From an uncultured Erysipelotrichaceae bacterium (GTDB lineage Bacteria > Bacillota_I > Bacilli_A > Erysipelotrichales > Erysipelotrichaceae), in NCBI GenBank assembly GCA_964401865.1, contig CAYNZZ010000012.1, positions 1,931 to 33,930 of the forward strand: 32,000 bases of DNA, written 5' to 3'. This document shows positions 16,948 to 26,008 of the stretch, piece after piece; position 1 is the stretch's first letter, and each line of letters starts with the position of its first letter. A model generated the notes under the pieces. That model was given only the letters and a program-made list of their open reading frames with translations. It was not told where the DNA came from and made no database searches. The translations under genes and the position numbers were made by a program.

Positions 16948-17648
16948 TTTTTCACCCCCATGACCAGTACTTTTTCATCTTTGATAAAATCTTCGACTAT
17001 CTCTGTTTCAAAACCGGCATCAATCATTTTTTTCTCAACATCTTCGATCTTAAAAACATTTTGCACATGATGTTCATTGACAATACCATCTTCCATATAG
17101 AAAGTGAAACGTTCCTGAAGTTCATTGCTCTCAGGATCTGAAATAATCGCCCATTGATAATCGGTATCTAAAACTCTACCTTCTTCAATATACTCGTCTT
17201 TAAATTCTTCAATTCTTTTCGTGCTATGCATATCAAAAAGAAATGTTCCACCATCATTTAAATGATTATAAACATTCTCAAACATCGTTTTCAATTCATC
17301 ATTATTTAAGTAATTGATGCTGTCACAAATACACAAGATAATATCAAATTTCTTATCCAGTTTGAAATCAATCATATTTAAAATCTGATATTCACCATCA
17401 AAATTAGCTTTTGCCGATTTTTTCATCGCCTCCGAAATATCAGATGCAATTATGTCATATCCTTTTTCCTTTAGAATTCTAGCCATAACACCTGAACCAG
17501 AAGCTAACTCTAAAACAGTATTGCCCCTTAATTCAAGAATATAATCTAACCAGAATTTTAGGCTTTCTTCATCTTGCAATAAAGCATCATAATACTTAGC
17601 TAAATATTCATAATTATCTACATCTTTAAAACGCCAAGATCCTTCCAT
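16944..17648 (-). CDS. yqeM: class I SAM-dependent methyltransferase (YqeM-like)
   Basis: Motif I VLELASGSG. It occupies the position after rsfS, as in the B. subtilis yqe operon. Confidence 0.8.
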   Translation of the reverse strand: MEGSWRFKDVDNYEYLAKYYDALLQDEESLKFWLDYILELRGNTVLELASGSGVMARILKEKGYDIIASDISEAMKKSAKANFDGEYQILNMIDFKLDKKFDIILCICDSINYLNNDELKTMFENVYNHLNDGGTFLFDMHSTKRIEEFKDEYIEEGRVLDTDYQWAIISDPESNELQERFTFYMEDGIVNEHHVQNVFKIEDVEKKMIDAGFETEIVEDFIKDEKVLVMGVKK

Positions 17649-17974
17649 AAGCCCTCCAAATCATAGTATTCTCTTTTACCATCATAAAATATATGAACAA
17701 TAATATCGTTTAAATCCACGAAAAACCAACCTGAATCTTTACTCTTATCAACATTGATTACATCTTGTCCTTTTTCTCTTGCAACCTTAATCGCTTCTTC
17801 AACCAATGAATTCGCAAGCCTCTCGTTTAAAGCTGACACAATAAACATATAGTCGTATAAAGGATTGGTATTTGAAAAGTCAATAACCACAATATCATCA
17901 CCAAGTTTTTCATCTAATTTATCATATAGTATTTTAACAAAATCATTTATGAGCACTATTAATATATTCCTCAA
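17618..17974 (-). CDS. rsfS: ribosome silencing factor RsfS (YbeB/YqeL)
   Basis: 118 aa, conserved DIVVIDF ... DYMFIVSA ... WFFVDLNDIIVHIF blocks. The start is uncertain: TTG at 17974 or GTG at 17956. Confidence 0.88.
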   Translation of the reverse strand: MRNILIVLINDFVKILYDKLDEKLGDDIVVIDFSNTNPLYDYMFIVSALNERLANSLVEEAIKVAREKGQDVINVDKSKDSGWFFVDLNDIIVHIFYDGKREYYDLEGLWKDLGVLKM

Positions 17975-18707
17975 CTTTCCTCTTTAGTTTTAAAAAAGCT
18001 GCATTAATATCAAGATAAGCCAATTTTAATATTTCATCATCAATATGACGATTGACTTCTCTTTTATCTGCGATATAGATTATTTTTGTAAGTAACGAGT
18101 TTGAACTGGCATCAGTATGGTGATATATACTTTCAAGAATATCTTTATCATATAATCCAAGTTTTTCTTTTATGTAATATTTAGCGACATAACCATGTTT
18201 AATTTTGTCATCGCTATCCAATTTTGAAATATCGTAATATTGCAAATAAGAATCCATATCTTGAATACTCATCTCTTTACATATATCATGCAACAAACCT
18301 GCTAAATAAGCCTTATTTTTATCATATCCATATCTTTTAGCAAGTTTATAAGCTTCGTCAGCTACTCCTAAAGTATGAATAAAACGCTTATTTGACATTT
18401 TTTTGCTAATCAGCTCTTTCATCAATTCGATATTATCAACAATTATTTGACGGCGATAATACTTGTAAATGTTATTAAAATCCAAGGGAATGTGAATATC
18501 CAATATAATATCAGCATCAGCCTTGTCTTCTGCAATAAATAAATAATCATATTCTTTAACATAACTACTTAAAATATCAATAAAACACCTATTTTCAAAG
18601 ACAAGGTAAATGTTAGCATCTCTGTTCTGTTTATGAATAGTTCTGATGGCTTTTATCTCATCGTAATTTAAAGGATAAAAATCTCCTTTTACATATATAT
18701 TTCTCAT
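17943..18707 (-). CDS. yqeK: YqeK-type HD phosphohydrolase with degenerate NadD-like N-terminal stub
   Basis: C-terminal HD domain (RFIHTLGVADEAYKL ... LLHDICKE ... HH). The N-terminal ~100 aa resembles a nucleotidyltransferase start (YVKGDFYPLNYDEI against GGTFDPxHxGH) but lacks the HxGH motif. Confidence 0.8.
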   Translation of the reverse strand: MRNIYVKGDFYPLNYDEIKAIRTIHKQNRDANIYLVFENRCFIDILSSYVKEYDYLFIAEDKADADIILDIHIPLDFNNIYKYYRRQIIVDNIELMKELISKKMSNKRFIHTLGVADEAYKLAKRYGYDKNKAYLAGLLHDICKEMSIQDMDSYLQYYDISKLDSDDKIKHGYVAKYYIKEKLGLYDKDILESIYHHTDASSNSLLTKIIYIADKREVNRHIDDEILKLAYLDINAAFLKLKRKVEEYINSAHK

Positions 18708-18991
18708 GGTAGTTTGATTAATTGTTCTTTAGAAGCTTTGTATAAAACAATGCTTCTGCCAATTACTTGAACGATTTCTGAATTGCTGTTAGCACTTAGA
18801 TCAATAGCAATTGTTCTTATCTCTTCGTCACAACTTTTCAATACTGATACTTTAACCAATTCTCTAGCATCTAAAGCATTCTTTAAAGTATTAAATAAAT
18901 TATAAGAAAGACCTTCTTTTCCAACTTGAACAATGGCTTTTTCTTTTGAAGCCATTGCTCTTAAAAATCTTTTTTGTTTACCACTCAACAT
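18704..18991 (-). CDS. yhbY: YhbY/YqeI CRM-domain RNA-binding protein
   Basis: 95 aa, LSGKQKRFLRAMA...VQVGKEGLS...ELVKV pattern typical of YhbY. Confidence 0.88.
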   Translation of the reverse strand: MLSGKQKRFLRAMASKEKAIVQVGKEGLSYNLFNTLKNALDARELVKVSVLKSCDEEIRTIAIDLSANSNSEIVQVIGRSIVLYKASKEQLIKLP

Positions 18992-20028
18992 TAAAATATT
19001 CCCTTTCTAACACAAATCTCTACACCTTCAATCATATCGATTTTTATACTATCAATATGATGAAAACTTATAAATCCTAAACCATTAATAACCAAATCTT
19101 GATAGTCATGCAATTTTATTGTTGAACTGTTCAATTTATAACCACTTTCAAATAATTCATAATTATTTTTCATATAATCATCAGCACGACTAGTTTTAAC
19201 ACGATGAAGTTTAACTTTTGGATCAAAATAAAAGATAACACTACTATTTTTTCTTGTTTTAACGTCTAAACGCATAATGCCTTCAATAAAGAAAGTCTGA
19301 TCCTCATAAACTTGGTAAACAAGTGGTCTAATAGTCTTTGATGGCACTAATGAAGTTATATCCTTAAACTGTAAGTGTTGCAAAATACTTCCTTCATCAA
19401 CCAAACCTGGCGTATCGACAAAATTATAATTTTCATATTCAAAAGTATTAAAATCTATCGTTGTACCAGGATAATACGAGGTAGTCAGTTTATTGTCTTT
19501 GACAATCTTGTTCAAAAGTGTGCTTTTGCCAGCGTTTGCCAGTCCAGTAAAGATATAAGTACCCATGCCCATATCTTTGATGTCTTCTAAAAATAAATCA
19601 TTGAAACCAATATCTTTGTCATAGGTAAGAATAACTGATGCAATTTTATTATTCTTAGCAATCATAGATAAAATATCTTTACAATATTTTTCGACTTTTT
19701 GAAAATTAATATTTGTTGGAAGTAAATCGATCTTATTAATTACGACCATTATTGGATAATCTGTTAAACTAGCAAATATTTTTTTGTTAACTTTACTAGC
19801 TAAATGTAAGATGTCAATAATCAACACTACTCCTGCATCATTATATTTTTTAATTTTATTTAAAACAAATTCTGGCGGTATAGCATCTTTCATATCAATC
19901 ATCAAATCGCCATAGTGAGCAAGTCTAAAACAACGCATACAATAATCTTGTTTTAACAATTTTACATAACCTATAGCTTTTGGATCTTGATCTTGTAAAC
20001 TAGCACCACAACCTATACATTTCTTCAT
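18991..20028 (-). CDS. yqeH: ribosome biogenesis GTPase YqeH
   Basis: N-terminal zinc finger CIGCG...CMRCF, and a circularly permuted GTPase (NKIDLL before GLANAGKST, then DTPG). Confidence 0.9.
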   Translation of the reverse strand: MKKCIGCGASLQDQDPKAIGYVKLLKQDYCMRCFRLAHYGDLMIDMKDAIPPEFVLNKIKKYNDAGVVLIIDILHLASKVNKKIFASLTDYPIMVVINKIDLLPTNINFQKVEKYCKDILSMIAKNNKIASVILTYDKDIGFNDLFLEDIKDMGMGTYIFTGLANAGKSTLLNKIVKDNKLTTSYYPGTTIDFNTFEYENYNFVDTPGLVDEGSILQHLQFKDITSLVPSKTIRPLVYQVYEDQTFFIEGIMRLDVKTRKNSSVIFYFDPKVKLHRVKTSRADDYMKNNYELFESGYKLNSSTIKLHDYQDLVINGLGFISFHHIDSIKIDMIEGVEICVRKGIF

Positions 20029-20513
20029 TAATAATGCCTCATAATAAATTTCTCGATTTTACGATTTATCTTTGTTGAAAAAGAATCTTTATCAACAAGC
20101 GGTTTAGTATAATATACTCGCATATTCGCAAGTCTTGCAGCGATAACATCAGTTAAAACCTGATCGCCCATACACAAAACATTAGTTTTTCTAATATTTA
20201 AACGTTTAGCTATTCTGTTATATGCAAATGGGAAAGGTTTTAAAGCGAAGTACTCATAATCCAGATTTAAAGAATCAGCAAAAGTCTTAACTCGCTGTTT
20301 TTTATTATTAGAAACAAGCACCACACTAATTCCATTCTTTTTTAATTCATTAATGAAATCAATAGCATTTTTATCGGCAACTTTTTCATAATAGGGAGCT
20401 AAAGTATTATCGATATCCATAAAAATATGAGTTATGCCACATCTTTTTAATTCTTCAATATCCAAGTCTTGATATCGATCTAAAATTCTATCTGGTTTAA
20501 ATAATTTCAACAT
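20028..20513 (-). CDS. yqeG: YqeG-family HAD phosphatase
   Basis: HAD motif I FMDIDNTL, motif II VSNN, motif IV MGDQVLTD. Confidence 0.88.
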   Translation of the reverse strand: MLKLFKPDRILDRYQDLDIEELKRCGITHIFMDIDNTLAPYYEKVADKNAIDFINELKKNGISVVLVSNNKKQRVKTFADSLNLDYEYFALKPFPFAYNRIAKRLNIRKTNVLCMGDQVLTDVIAARLANMRVYYTKPLVDKDSFSTKINRKIEKFIMRHY

Positions 20514-20520
20514 ATTCTAT

Positions 20521-20529
20521 ATCATACCA
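20521..20529 (-). promoter_or_regulatory. extended -10 element in the 19-nt parC-yqeG gap, placed for a leaderless yqeG transcript
   Basis: Minus strand TGGTATGAT, then 7 nt (ATAGAAT), then ATG. No Shine-Dalgarno. Confidence 0.4.
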
Positions 20530-20532
20530 TTT

Positions 20533-23034
20533 CTAGAATAAAGATGTCTGATTATTGCCATCTTCTTCAATTACAAAATCAGCAGGAAAATCTTTGATTT
20601 CTACAGTTCTTATATCGTTATTGCCGGTATTCAAGACAAAGAAATGTTCTTTGACATCAATTGGTGAAGAAAAAGTTGCATCAATAGACATAAACGGAAT
20701 ATCTTTAACGGCTAAAAGTTTTAATTCACCATCAAATATCTTTAAATTATCATATGCTTCAATTGAAGATACACACTTTATAAACTGTGGATTAGTCTTA
20801 GTCTGCTTATAAAGCCTTCCACCCTTAGCACGACGTTTAGTATGTTCTAATTCACTAATATGAATTCGTTTAAAATTTCCTCTTTCACTTATAACCATCA
20901 ACGACTCATCGCCATGATTAAGAGCAAGTGCATCAACTACTTCATCATCAGGTTTAAGATCTATTCCATAAACACCCAAGGCCTTTACAGCTAAAGGTGA
21001 TACTTCATCATGATGATAATAATTGTAGAACCCATTCTTTGATACTAACAATACATCATCGTCTTGATACGCAACGAAAGCTTTGATTAATTCATCATTA
21101 GCTTTTAATTTATGAGCTTGTAAAACCTTTGAGTTTCTTGTGACATTCCACAAAGGAAGTAAAGTCTTTTTAATCATTCCCTTAGCAGTAACGGTAAATA
21201 TGTAAGCATACGATTCAAAACTCTTAACAATTAAAGCACTGACAATTTTTTCTTCACCATCACTTTTTATATAGTGAGAAAAATGAAATCCTAAATCCTT
21301 CCACTTAGATTCTTCCAAATTATAAATCGGAATAAGGCCATAATTACCCTTGGATGTAAAAATTAATAATGTATCCAATGTTTCACACTGTTTGATGCCA
21401 ATTAAGCTATCATTCTCTTTGAAATAAGGAATCGTTCCCTCATTTGATTGATAAGAACGAGAAGAAAAGCGTTTAATATAACCATCTTTACTGATTGAAA
21501 GATAAACAGATTCATTAGATATCATCGACATCTTGTCAATTACTATATCACTTACTTCGCTTTCAATCTTTGTCTTTCTATCGACGCCATAATCTTTTAT
21601 AACCTGTTTTAAATCATTCACAATAACACGATTCAGCAAATCATTAGATGATAAAATGGCCTCAAGTTCCGATATTTCATTGATTAGTTTGGCATATTCA
21701 TCTCTCAATATTTTTATATCAGTATTTGATAGACGATATAATCGCATCATAACAATGGCTTCAGCCTGTTCGTCACTAAAAAGATATGCCTCACGAAGTT
21801 TTGATTTCGCATCAGCTTTATCTTTAGAATTTCTGATCAGTTCAAGTACAGCATCAAGTATTGAAATAGCCTTCATCAGACCTTCCAAAATATGAATTCT
21901 TTCTTTTTTCTTATCCTTCAAATATCTGGAAGCATTAATAACCACTTCTTTTCGATGAGCAATAAAAGCATCAATACCGGTTGTTAAATTAATTAATACC
22001 GGAGCGTGATTGACAATAGCAATCATATTGTAGTTGTAGTTAATCTGTAAATCGGTGTTCTTATATAGATAATTGAGTACAACATTAGCATCGATATCTT
22101 TTTTTAGATCAACAACTATTCTCAAGCCATCTCTGCCTGATTCATCTCGTACATCAATAATGCCATCCAATTCCTTGTTAAGTCTGATATCATCGATCTT
22201 TTTAACTAAATTCTTTTTTACTACTTCATAAGGTATTTCACTGACTACAATCGAATTGAGCGTCTTGCTTTCGACTATTTCACATTTTGAGCGAACTATA
22301 ACTTTTCCTTTGCCAGTCTTAAAGACTTCTTTAATACTTTCAATACCTTGAACAATACCACCAGTTGGAAAATCCGGTCCTTTCACAAATGCCATCAGAT
22401 CTTCCACACTGCACCCAGGATTAAAAATGCGATAAATAGTCGCTTCTATTATTTCATTCAAGTTGTGTGGTGCAATATTAGTTGCATAGCCGGAAGCAAT
22501 ACCGGTAGAACCGTTTACCAAAAGAAGCGGAAATCTTGCCGGTAAAACAGTAGGTTCTAACTCGGTGTCATCATAGTTATTAGTCATTACAACCGTTTCT
22601 TTGTCAATATCCTCCAATAGTAAAGAAGCATACGACGATAGACGAGCCTCAGTATAACGCATAGCTGCGGGTGGATCATCATCAAGACCGCCATTATTGC
22701 CATTCATATCAATAAGTGGAAGATTCATTTTCCAATCTTGCGACATTCTGACCATAGCATCATATACTGATGTATCACCGTGTGGATGATAGGTACCGAT
22801 AACAATACCAACCGTTTTTGCGCTTTTGCGGTGAGGCTTGTCAAATGTATTACCTGCTTCATTCATGGCGTATAATATTCTTCTTTGAACAGGTTTTAAA
22901 CCATCTCTAGCGTCAGGTAAAGCTCTTTCTTGAATAATGTATTTTGAATAACGCCCAAAACGATCGGACATTATATCATCCAAACTCCAAGAAATGTTAT
23001 TTTCTACAATTGTTTTATCTTTCTTACTTGCCAT
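20533..23034 (-). CDS. parC: DNA topoisomerase IV subunit A
   Basis: GyrA/ParC N-terminal domain (RFGRYSKYIIQERALPDARDGLKPVQRR; active-site AAMRYTEARL) and a beta-pinwheel C-terminal domain. I call it ParC because of the plsY-parE-parC neighbourhood. The ATG at 23034 overlaps the parE end by 11 nt; the alternative is the TTG at 23043. Confidence 0.85.
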   Translation of the reverse strand: MASKKDKTIVENNISWSLDDIMSDRFGRYSKYIIQERALPDARDGLKPVQRRILYAMNEAGNTFDKPHRKSAKTVGIVIGTYHPHGDTSVYDAMVRMSQDWKMNLPLIDMNGNNGGLDDDPPAAMRYTEARLSSYASLLLEDIDKETVVMTNNYDDTELEPTVLPARFPLLLVNGSTGIASGYATNIAPHNLNEIIEATIYRIFNPGCSVEDLMAFVKGPDFPTGGIVQGIESIKEVFKTGKGKVIVRSKCEIVESKTLNSIVVSEIPYEVVKKNLVKKIDDIRLNKELDGIIDVRDESGRDGLRIVVDLKKDIDANVVLNYLYKNTDLQINYNYNMIAIVNHAPVLINLTTGIDAFIAHRKEVVINASRYLKDKKKERIHILEGLMKAISILDAVLELIRNSKDKADAKSKLREAYLFSDEQAEAIVMMRLYRLSNTDIKILRDEYAKLINEISELEAILSSNDLLNRVIVNDLKQVIKDYGVDRKTKIESEVSDIVIDKMSMISNESVYLSISKDGYIKRFSSRSYQSNEGTIPYFKENDSLIGIKQCETLDTLLIFTSKGNYGLIPIYNLEESKWKDLGFHFSHYIKSDGEEKIVSALIVKSFESYAYIFTVTAKGMIKKTLLPLWNVTRNSKVLQAHKLKANDELIKAFVAYQDDDVLLVSKNGFYNYYHHDEVSPLAVKALGVYGIDLKPDDEVVDALALNHGDESLMVISERGNFKRIHISELEHTKRRAKGGRLYKQTKTNPQFIKCVSSIEAYDNLKIFDGELKLLAVKDIPFMSIDATFSSPIDVKEHFFVLNTGNNDIRTVEIKDFPADFVIEEDGNNQTSLF

Positions 23035-24964
23035 GACTTTCAACCTTAAAATCTTCTTCTAGTGTAAAATCAATATTTTTTTCAATCCAGTCTCTTCTAA
23101 GATCAGCCTTATTACCCATTAAAACCGATATTTTACGTTCACACATCGCCGCATCTTCTATAGTAACTTGAATCAATGTTCTTTGAGCAGGATCCATTGT
23201 AGTGTCCCACAATTGATCGGCATTCATTTCACCTAATCCCTTATATCTTTGAATATCAATCTTACCCCATTTTTCTCTACATTCTTGCAATTCTCTATCG
23301 CTATGACAGTATTTGAATTCCTTACCTTTGCTGGCACGATATAATGGTGGCATCGCAATATAGACATGTCCTTGTTCGATAAGTTCGCGCATAAAGCGGT
23401 AGAAGAAAGTCAATAATAAAACTTGAATATGAGCACCATCAGTATCAGCATCGGTCATGATGATAACTTTGTTATAATGAATATCTTTAACATCAAAATC
23501 AGCGCCAACACCGGCTCCTAGTGCATGTACAATAGTATTTAATTCTTCATTTTTTTCTATTTCATTTAATGAAGCTTTTTCAGTATTTAAAACCTTACCT
23601 CTTAGTGGAAGAATAGCTTGAAAATTAGAATCTCTACCTTTTTTAGCACTGCCGCCTGCCGAATCTCCTTCGACTAAAAATAATTCTAATTTGCGGTAAT
23701 CTTTGCTTTGAGCATTTGATAATTTACCGCTTAATATCTTTTCGGCTTTATTGGAGTTCTTTTTCCCTTTTCTAGCCTCTTCTTTAGCTTTTCTGGCCGC
23801 TTCTCGAGCTTGTGAAGCTCTAAAAATCTTCTTGATAATCATTGAAGCCGTTTCTTTATTCTCGGTCAAAAAGTATAAAAGATGTTTTGAAACTAATGAT
23901 TCAACGGAATTTTTAGCTTCAGGAGTCCCAAGTTTTGACTTTACTTGCCCTTCAAATTGTAGCAAATGTTCAGGAATTGAAATTGAAATTATTGAAGTTA
24001 AACCCTCTCTAATGTCGTTGCCATCAAAATTTTTATCCTTTTCTTTTAAAATGCCAATTGTTCTTGCATAATCATTAATAGTTTTAGTGAAGCCATTTCG
24101 ATATCCAACTTCATGCGTACCACCATCTTTTGTTCTAACCAAATTGACAAAAGAAAACATATTTTCCTGATATGAATCGGTGTATTGAAAAGCTACATCA
24201 ACCTTTATTTCATTAGCAACGCCAGAAAAAGTTACAGTTTTATGCAATACATCTTTATCTTCATGTAAGTAATCCATAAAAGCCGATAAACCATCATGAT
24301 ATTTAAAAGTATTCTTTGTATCATTTTTATCGATGACACTTATAGCGACATCCTTTAATAAAAAAGCCTGTTCTTGGGCACGTGATAATACTGTTTGATA
24401 TGAAAATTCGGTTGTTTGAAAAATTTTGGCATCTGGTTTAAAAGTAACTTTAGAACCTGTTTTATTACTGGTACCAATCTGTTTTAAAGGTAATATTTTT
24501 TTACCGCCATCTTCAAATCGGATAAAGTATTTTTTATTATCTCTGCAAACTTCCACTTCGAGCCATTCACTGAGCGCATTAACAACCGACGCACCAACAC
24601 CATGCAAACCGCCAGATGTTTTATATCCAGCTCCTTCAGAAAATTTTCCACCAGCATGTAAAACAGTAAAAATCACTTCCAAGGCACTTTTACCGCTACT
24701 ATGTTTATCTACCGGCATTCCACGTCCATAGTCCTGAACCGTGACCGATCCATCATTATTCAATTTAATAATTATTTCATTTCCATAGCCATTTAAAGCT
24801 TCATCAATAGAGTTATCAACAATTTCCCAAATCAAATGATGCAAACCACGTGAATCAACAGATCCAATGTACATTCCAGGTCTTTTTCTAACCGCTTCAA
24901 GTCCCTCTAATATTTGAATACTATCGGCGCTATAATCATTAATTTTAGCGTTATCTATTTGCAT
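23024..24964 (-). CDS. parE: DNA topoisomerase IV subunit B
   Basis: GHKL ATPase (EIVDNSIDE, GLHGVG), Toprim EGDSAGG, PLRGK, and DADTDGAHI. Confidence 0.88.
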   Translation of the reverse strand: MQIDNAKINDYSADSIQILEGLEAVRKRPGMYIGSVDSRGLHHLIWEIVDNSIDEALNGYGNEIIIKLNNDGSVTVQDYGRGMPVDKHSSGKSALEVIFTVLHAGGKFSEGAGYKTSGGLHGVGASVVNALSEWLEVEVCRDNKKYFIRFEDGGKKILPLKQIGTSNKTGSKVTFKPDAKIFQTTEFSYQTVLSRAQEQAFLLKDVAISVIDKNDTKNTFKYHDGLSAFMDYLHEDKDVLHKTVTFSGVANEIKVDVAFQYTDSYQENMFSFVNLVRTKDGGTHEVGYRNGFTKTINDYARTIGILKEKDKNFDGNDIREGLTSIISISIPEHLLQFEGQVKSKLGTPEAKNSVESLVSKHLLYFLTENKETASMIIKKIFRASQAREAARKAKEEARKGKKNSNKAEKILSGKLSNAQSKDYRKLELFLVEGDSAGGSAKKGRDSNFQAILPLRGKVLNTEKASLNEIEKNEELNTIVHALGAGVGADFDVKDIHYNKVIIMTDADTDGAHIQVLLLTFFYRFMRELIEQGHVYIAMPPLYRASKGKEFKYCHSDRELQECREKWGKIDIQRYKGLGEMNADQLWDTTMDPAQRTLIQVTIEDAAMCERKISVLMGNKADLRRDWIEKNIDFTLEEDFKVESHGK

Positions 24965-24987
24965 TATTACCTCATTTCAACCAAGAT

Positions 24988-24996
24988 ATTATAACA
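24988..24996 (-). promoter_or_regulatory. extended -10 promoter for parE-parC
   Basis: Minus strand TGTTATAAT, 23 nt upstream of the ATG. The leader contains GAGG. Confidence 0.5.
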
Positions 24997-25010
24997 TAAT
25001 TTACCTTTTA

Positions 25011-25019
25011 TGATAAAAT
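25011..25019 (+). promoter_or_regulatory. putative extended -10 promoter for plsY
   Basis: TGATAAAAT, 16 nt before the ATG at 25036. Confidence 0.35.
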
Positions 25020-25035
25020 ATCGGTGAGGTTAAAT

Positions 25036-25650
25036 ATGGAATTTTTATGGATTATAATATGGATGATATTAGGATATATCATCGGCTCAATATCATGGGC
25101 ATTAATTATTGGAAAAGTCTTTTTTCACAAGGACATAAGAGAATATGGATCGGGGAATTTAGGCGGCACTAATGCTGGTAGAGTTTTAGGAAAACCAATA
25201 GGCATTATTGTCATTGTGTTAGATGCTTTAAAAGCTTTCTTGATAATGTGGGCTTGCTCATATATCTTTCCACCTGCAATACCATTTGCTGGTTTGGCAG
25301 TCAGTATTGGACATTGTTTCCCAATATTTGCGAATTTCAGAGGCGGAAAAGGAGTTGCCTGTGCAATTGGATATCTGTTAGCGATGGGATTATTTGTAAC
25401 ACATGATGTCGTATTTATCTTTGTCTATCCGGTTTTAATTTTCTTTTTTGTTTTAGGACTTTCAAAGATGGTTTCCATCTCTTCAATGATAGCTTTAATA
25501 TCGGCAACAATCATTGCCTTTATTACTTTTAAAAATACTACTTATGCTATATTAATCCTTATCTTAACAATTTTAGTTATATTTAGACACACACCTAATA
25601 TTAAAAGAATTATCAAGGGCAAAGAAAATAAAATTTCATTTATCAAATAG
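25036..25650 (+). CDS. plsY: glycerol-3-phosphate acyltransferase PlsY
   Basis: Polytopic membrane protein with GSGNLGGTNAGR and FRGGKGVA motifs. The ATG at 25036 is 6 nt after GGTGAGG; the ORF-track GTG at 25024 lies inside the RBS. Confidence 0.93.
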   Translation: MEFLWIIIWMILGYIIGSISWALIIGKVFFHKDIREYGSGNLGGTNAGRVLGKPIGIIVIVLDALKAFLIMWACSYIFPPAIPFAGLAVSIGHCFPIFANFRGGKGVACAIGYLLAMGLFVTHDVVFIFVYPVLIFFFVLGLSKMVSISSMIALISATIIAFITFKNTTYAILILILTILVIFRHTPNIKRIIKGKENKISFIK

Positions 25651-25651
25651 C

Positions 25652-25688
25652 AAAATAACGGCGCAGTTCAATACTGTGCCGTTATTTT
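25652..25688 (+). terminator. rho-independent terminator after plsY
   Basis: AAAATAACGGCGCAG-TTCAATA-CTGTGCCGTTATTTT (one G-U pair), with a U-run built into the 3' arm. Confidence 0.75.
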
Positions 25689-25704
25689 AATGCATATAAT
25701 TATT

Positions 25705-25732
25705 TAAATAAAAACATCAGCTTAGCCGATGT
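25705..25732 (-). terminator. rho-independent terminator after yneF
   Basis: Minus strand ACAUCGGC-UAA-GCUGAUGU (25714-25732), followed by UUUUAUUU. Confidence 0.7.
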
Positions 25733-25942
25733 TTATTGTCCCATAGATTTCATAATAGAACGAATTTGTGCTTCAGATGGTTTTCTTCCCATTTGAAGGA
25801 ACATTGCTCTAACCATCTTTTCAGTAATAGGTGGATTTTCTTTTATTTGTTTTTCAAAATAACGTTTTGTTAAAAAGAAACCGATTAAACCACCGATTAA
25901 ACCGCCAATGACCAAATACATAATTGATGTCCAAACATTCAT
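25733..25942 (-). CDS. yneF: UPF0154 family small membrane protein (YneF-like)
   Basis: 69 aa with a single N-terminal TM helix rich in G/I/L, then the block KENPPITEKMVRAMFLQMGRKPSEAQI typical of the family. RBS AAGAGGTG. Confidence 0.8.
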   Translation of the reverse strand: MNVWTSIMYLVIGGLIGGLIGFFLTKRYFEKQIKENPPITEKMVRAMFLQMGRKPSEAQIRSIMKSMGQ

Positions 25943-25979
25943 TTTTTTACACCTCTTTCAATATTTACTGTTAGTTTAT

Positions 25980-26008
25980 ATTCTAACTAAAAAATACTAC
26001 ATTGTAAA
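25980..26008 (-). promoter_or_regulatory. putative sigmaA promoter for yneF
   Basis: Minus strand TTTACA (26008-26003), 17-nt spacer, TAGAAT (25985-25980). Confidence 0.5.
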
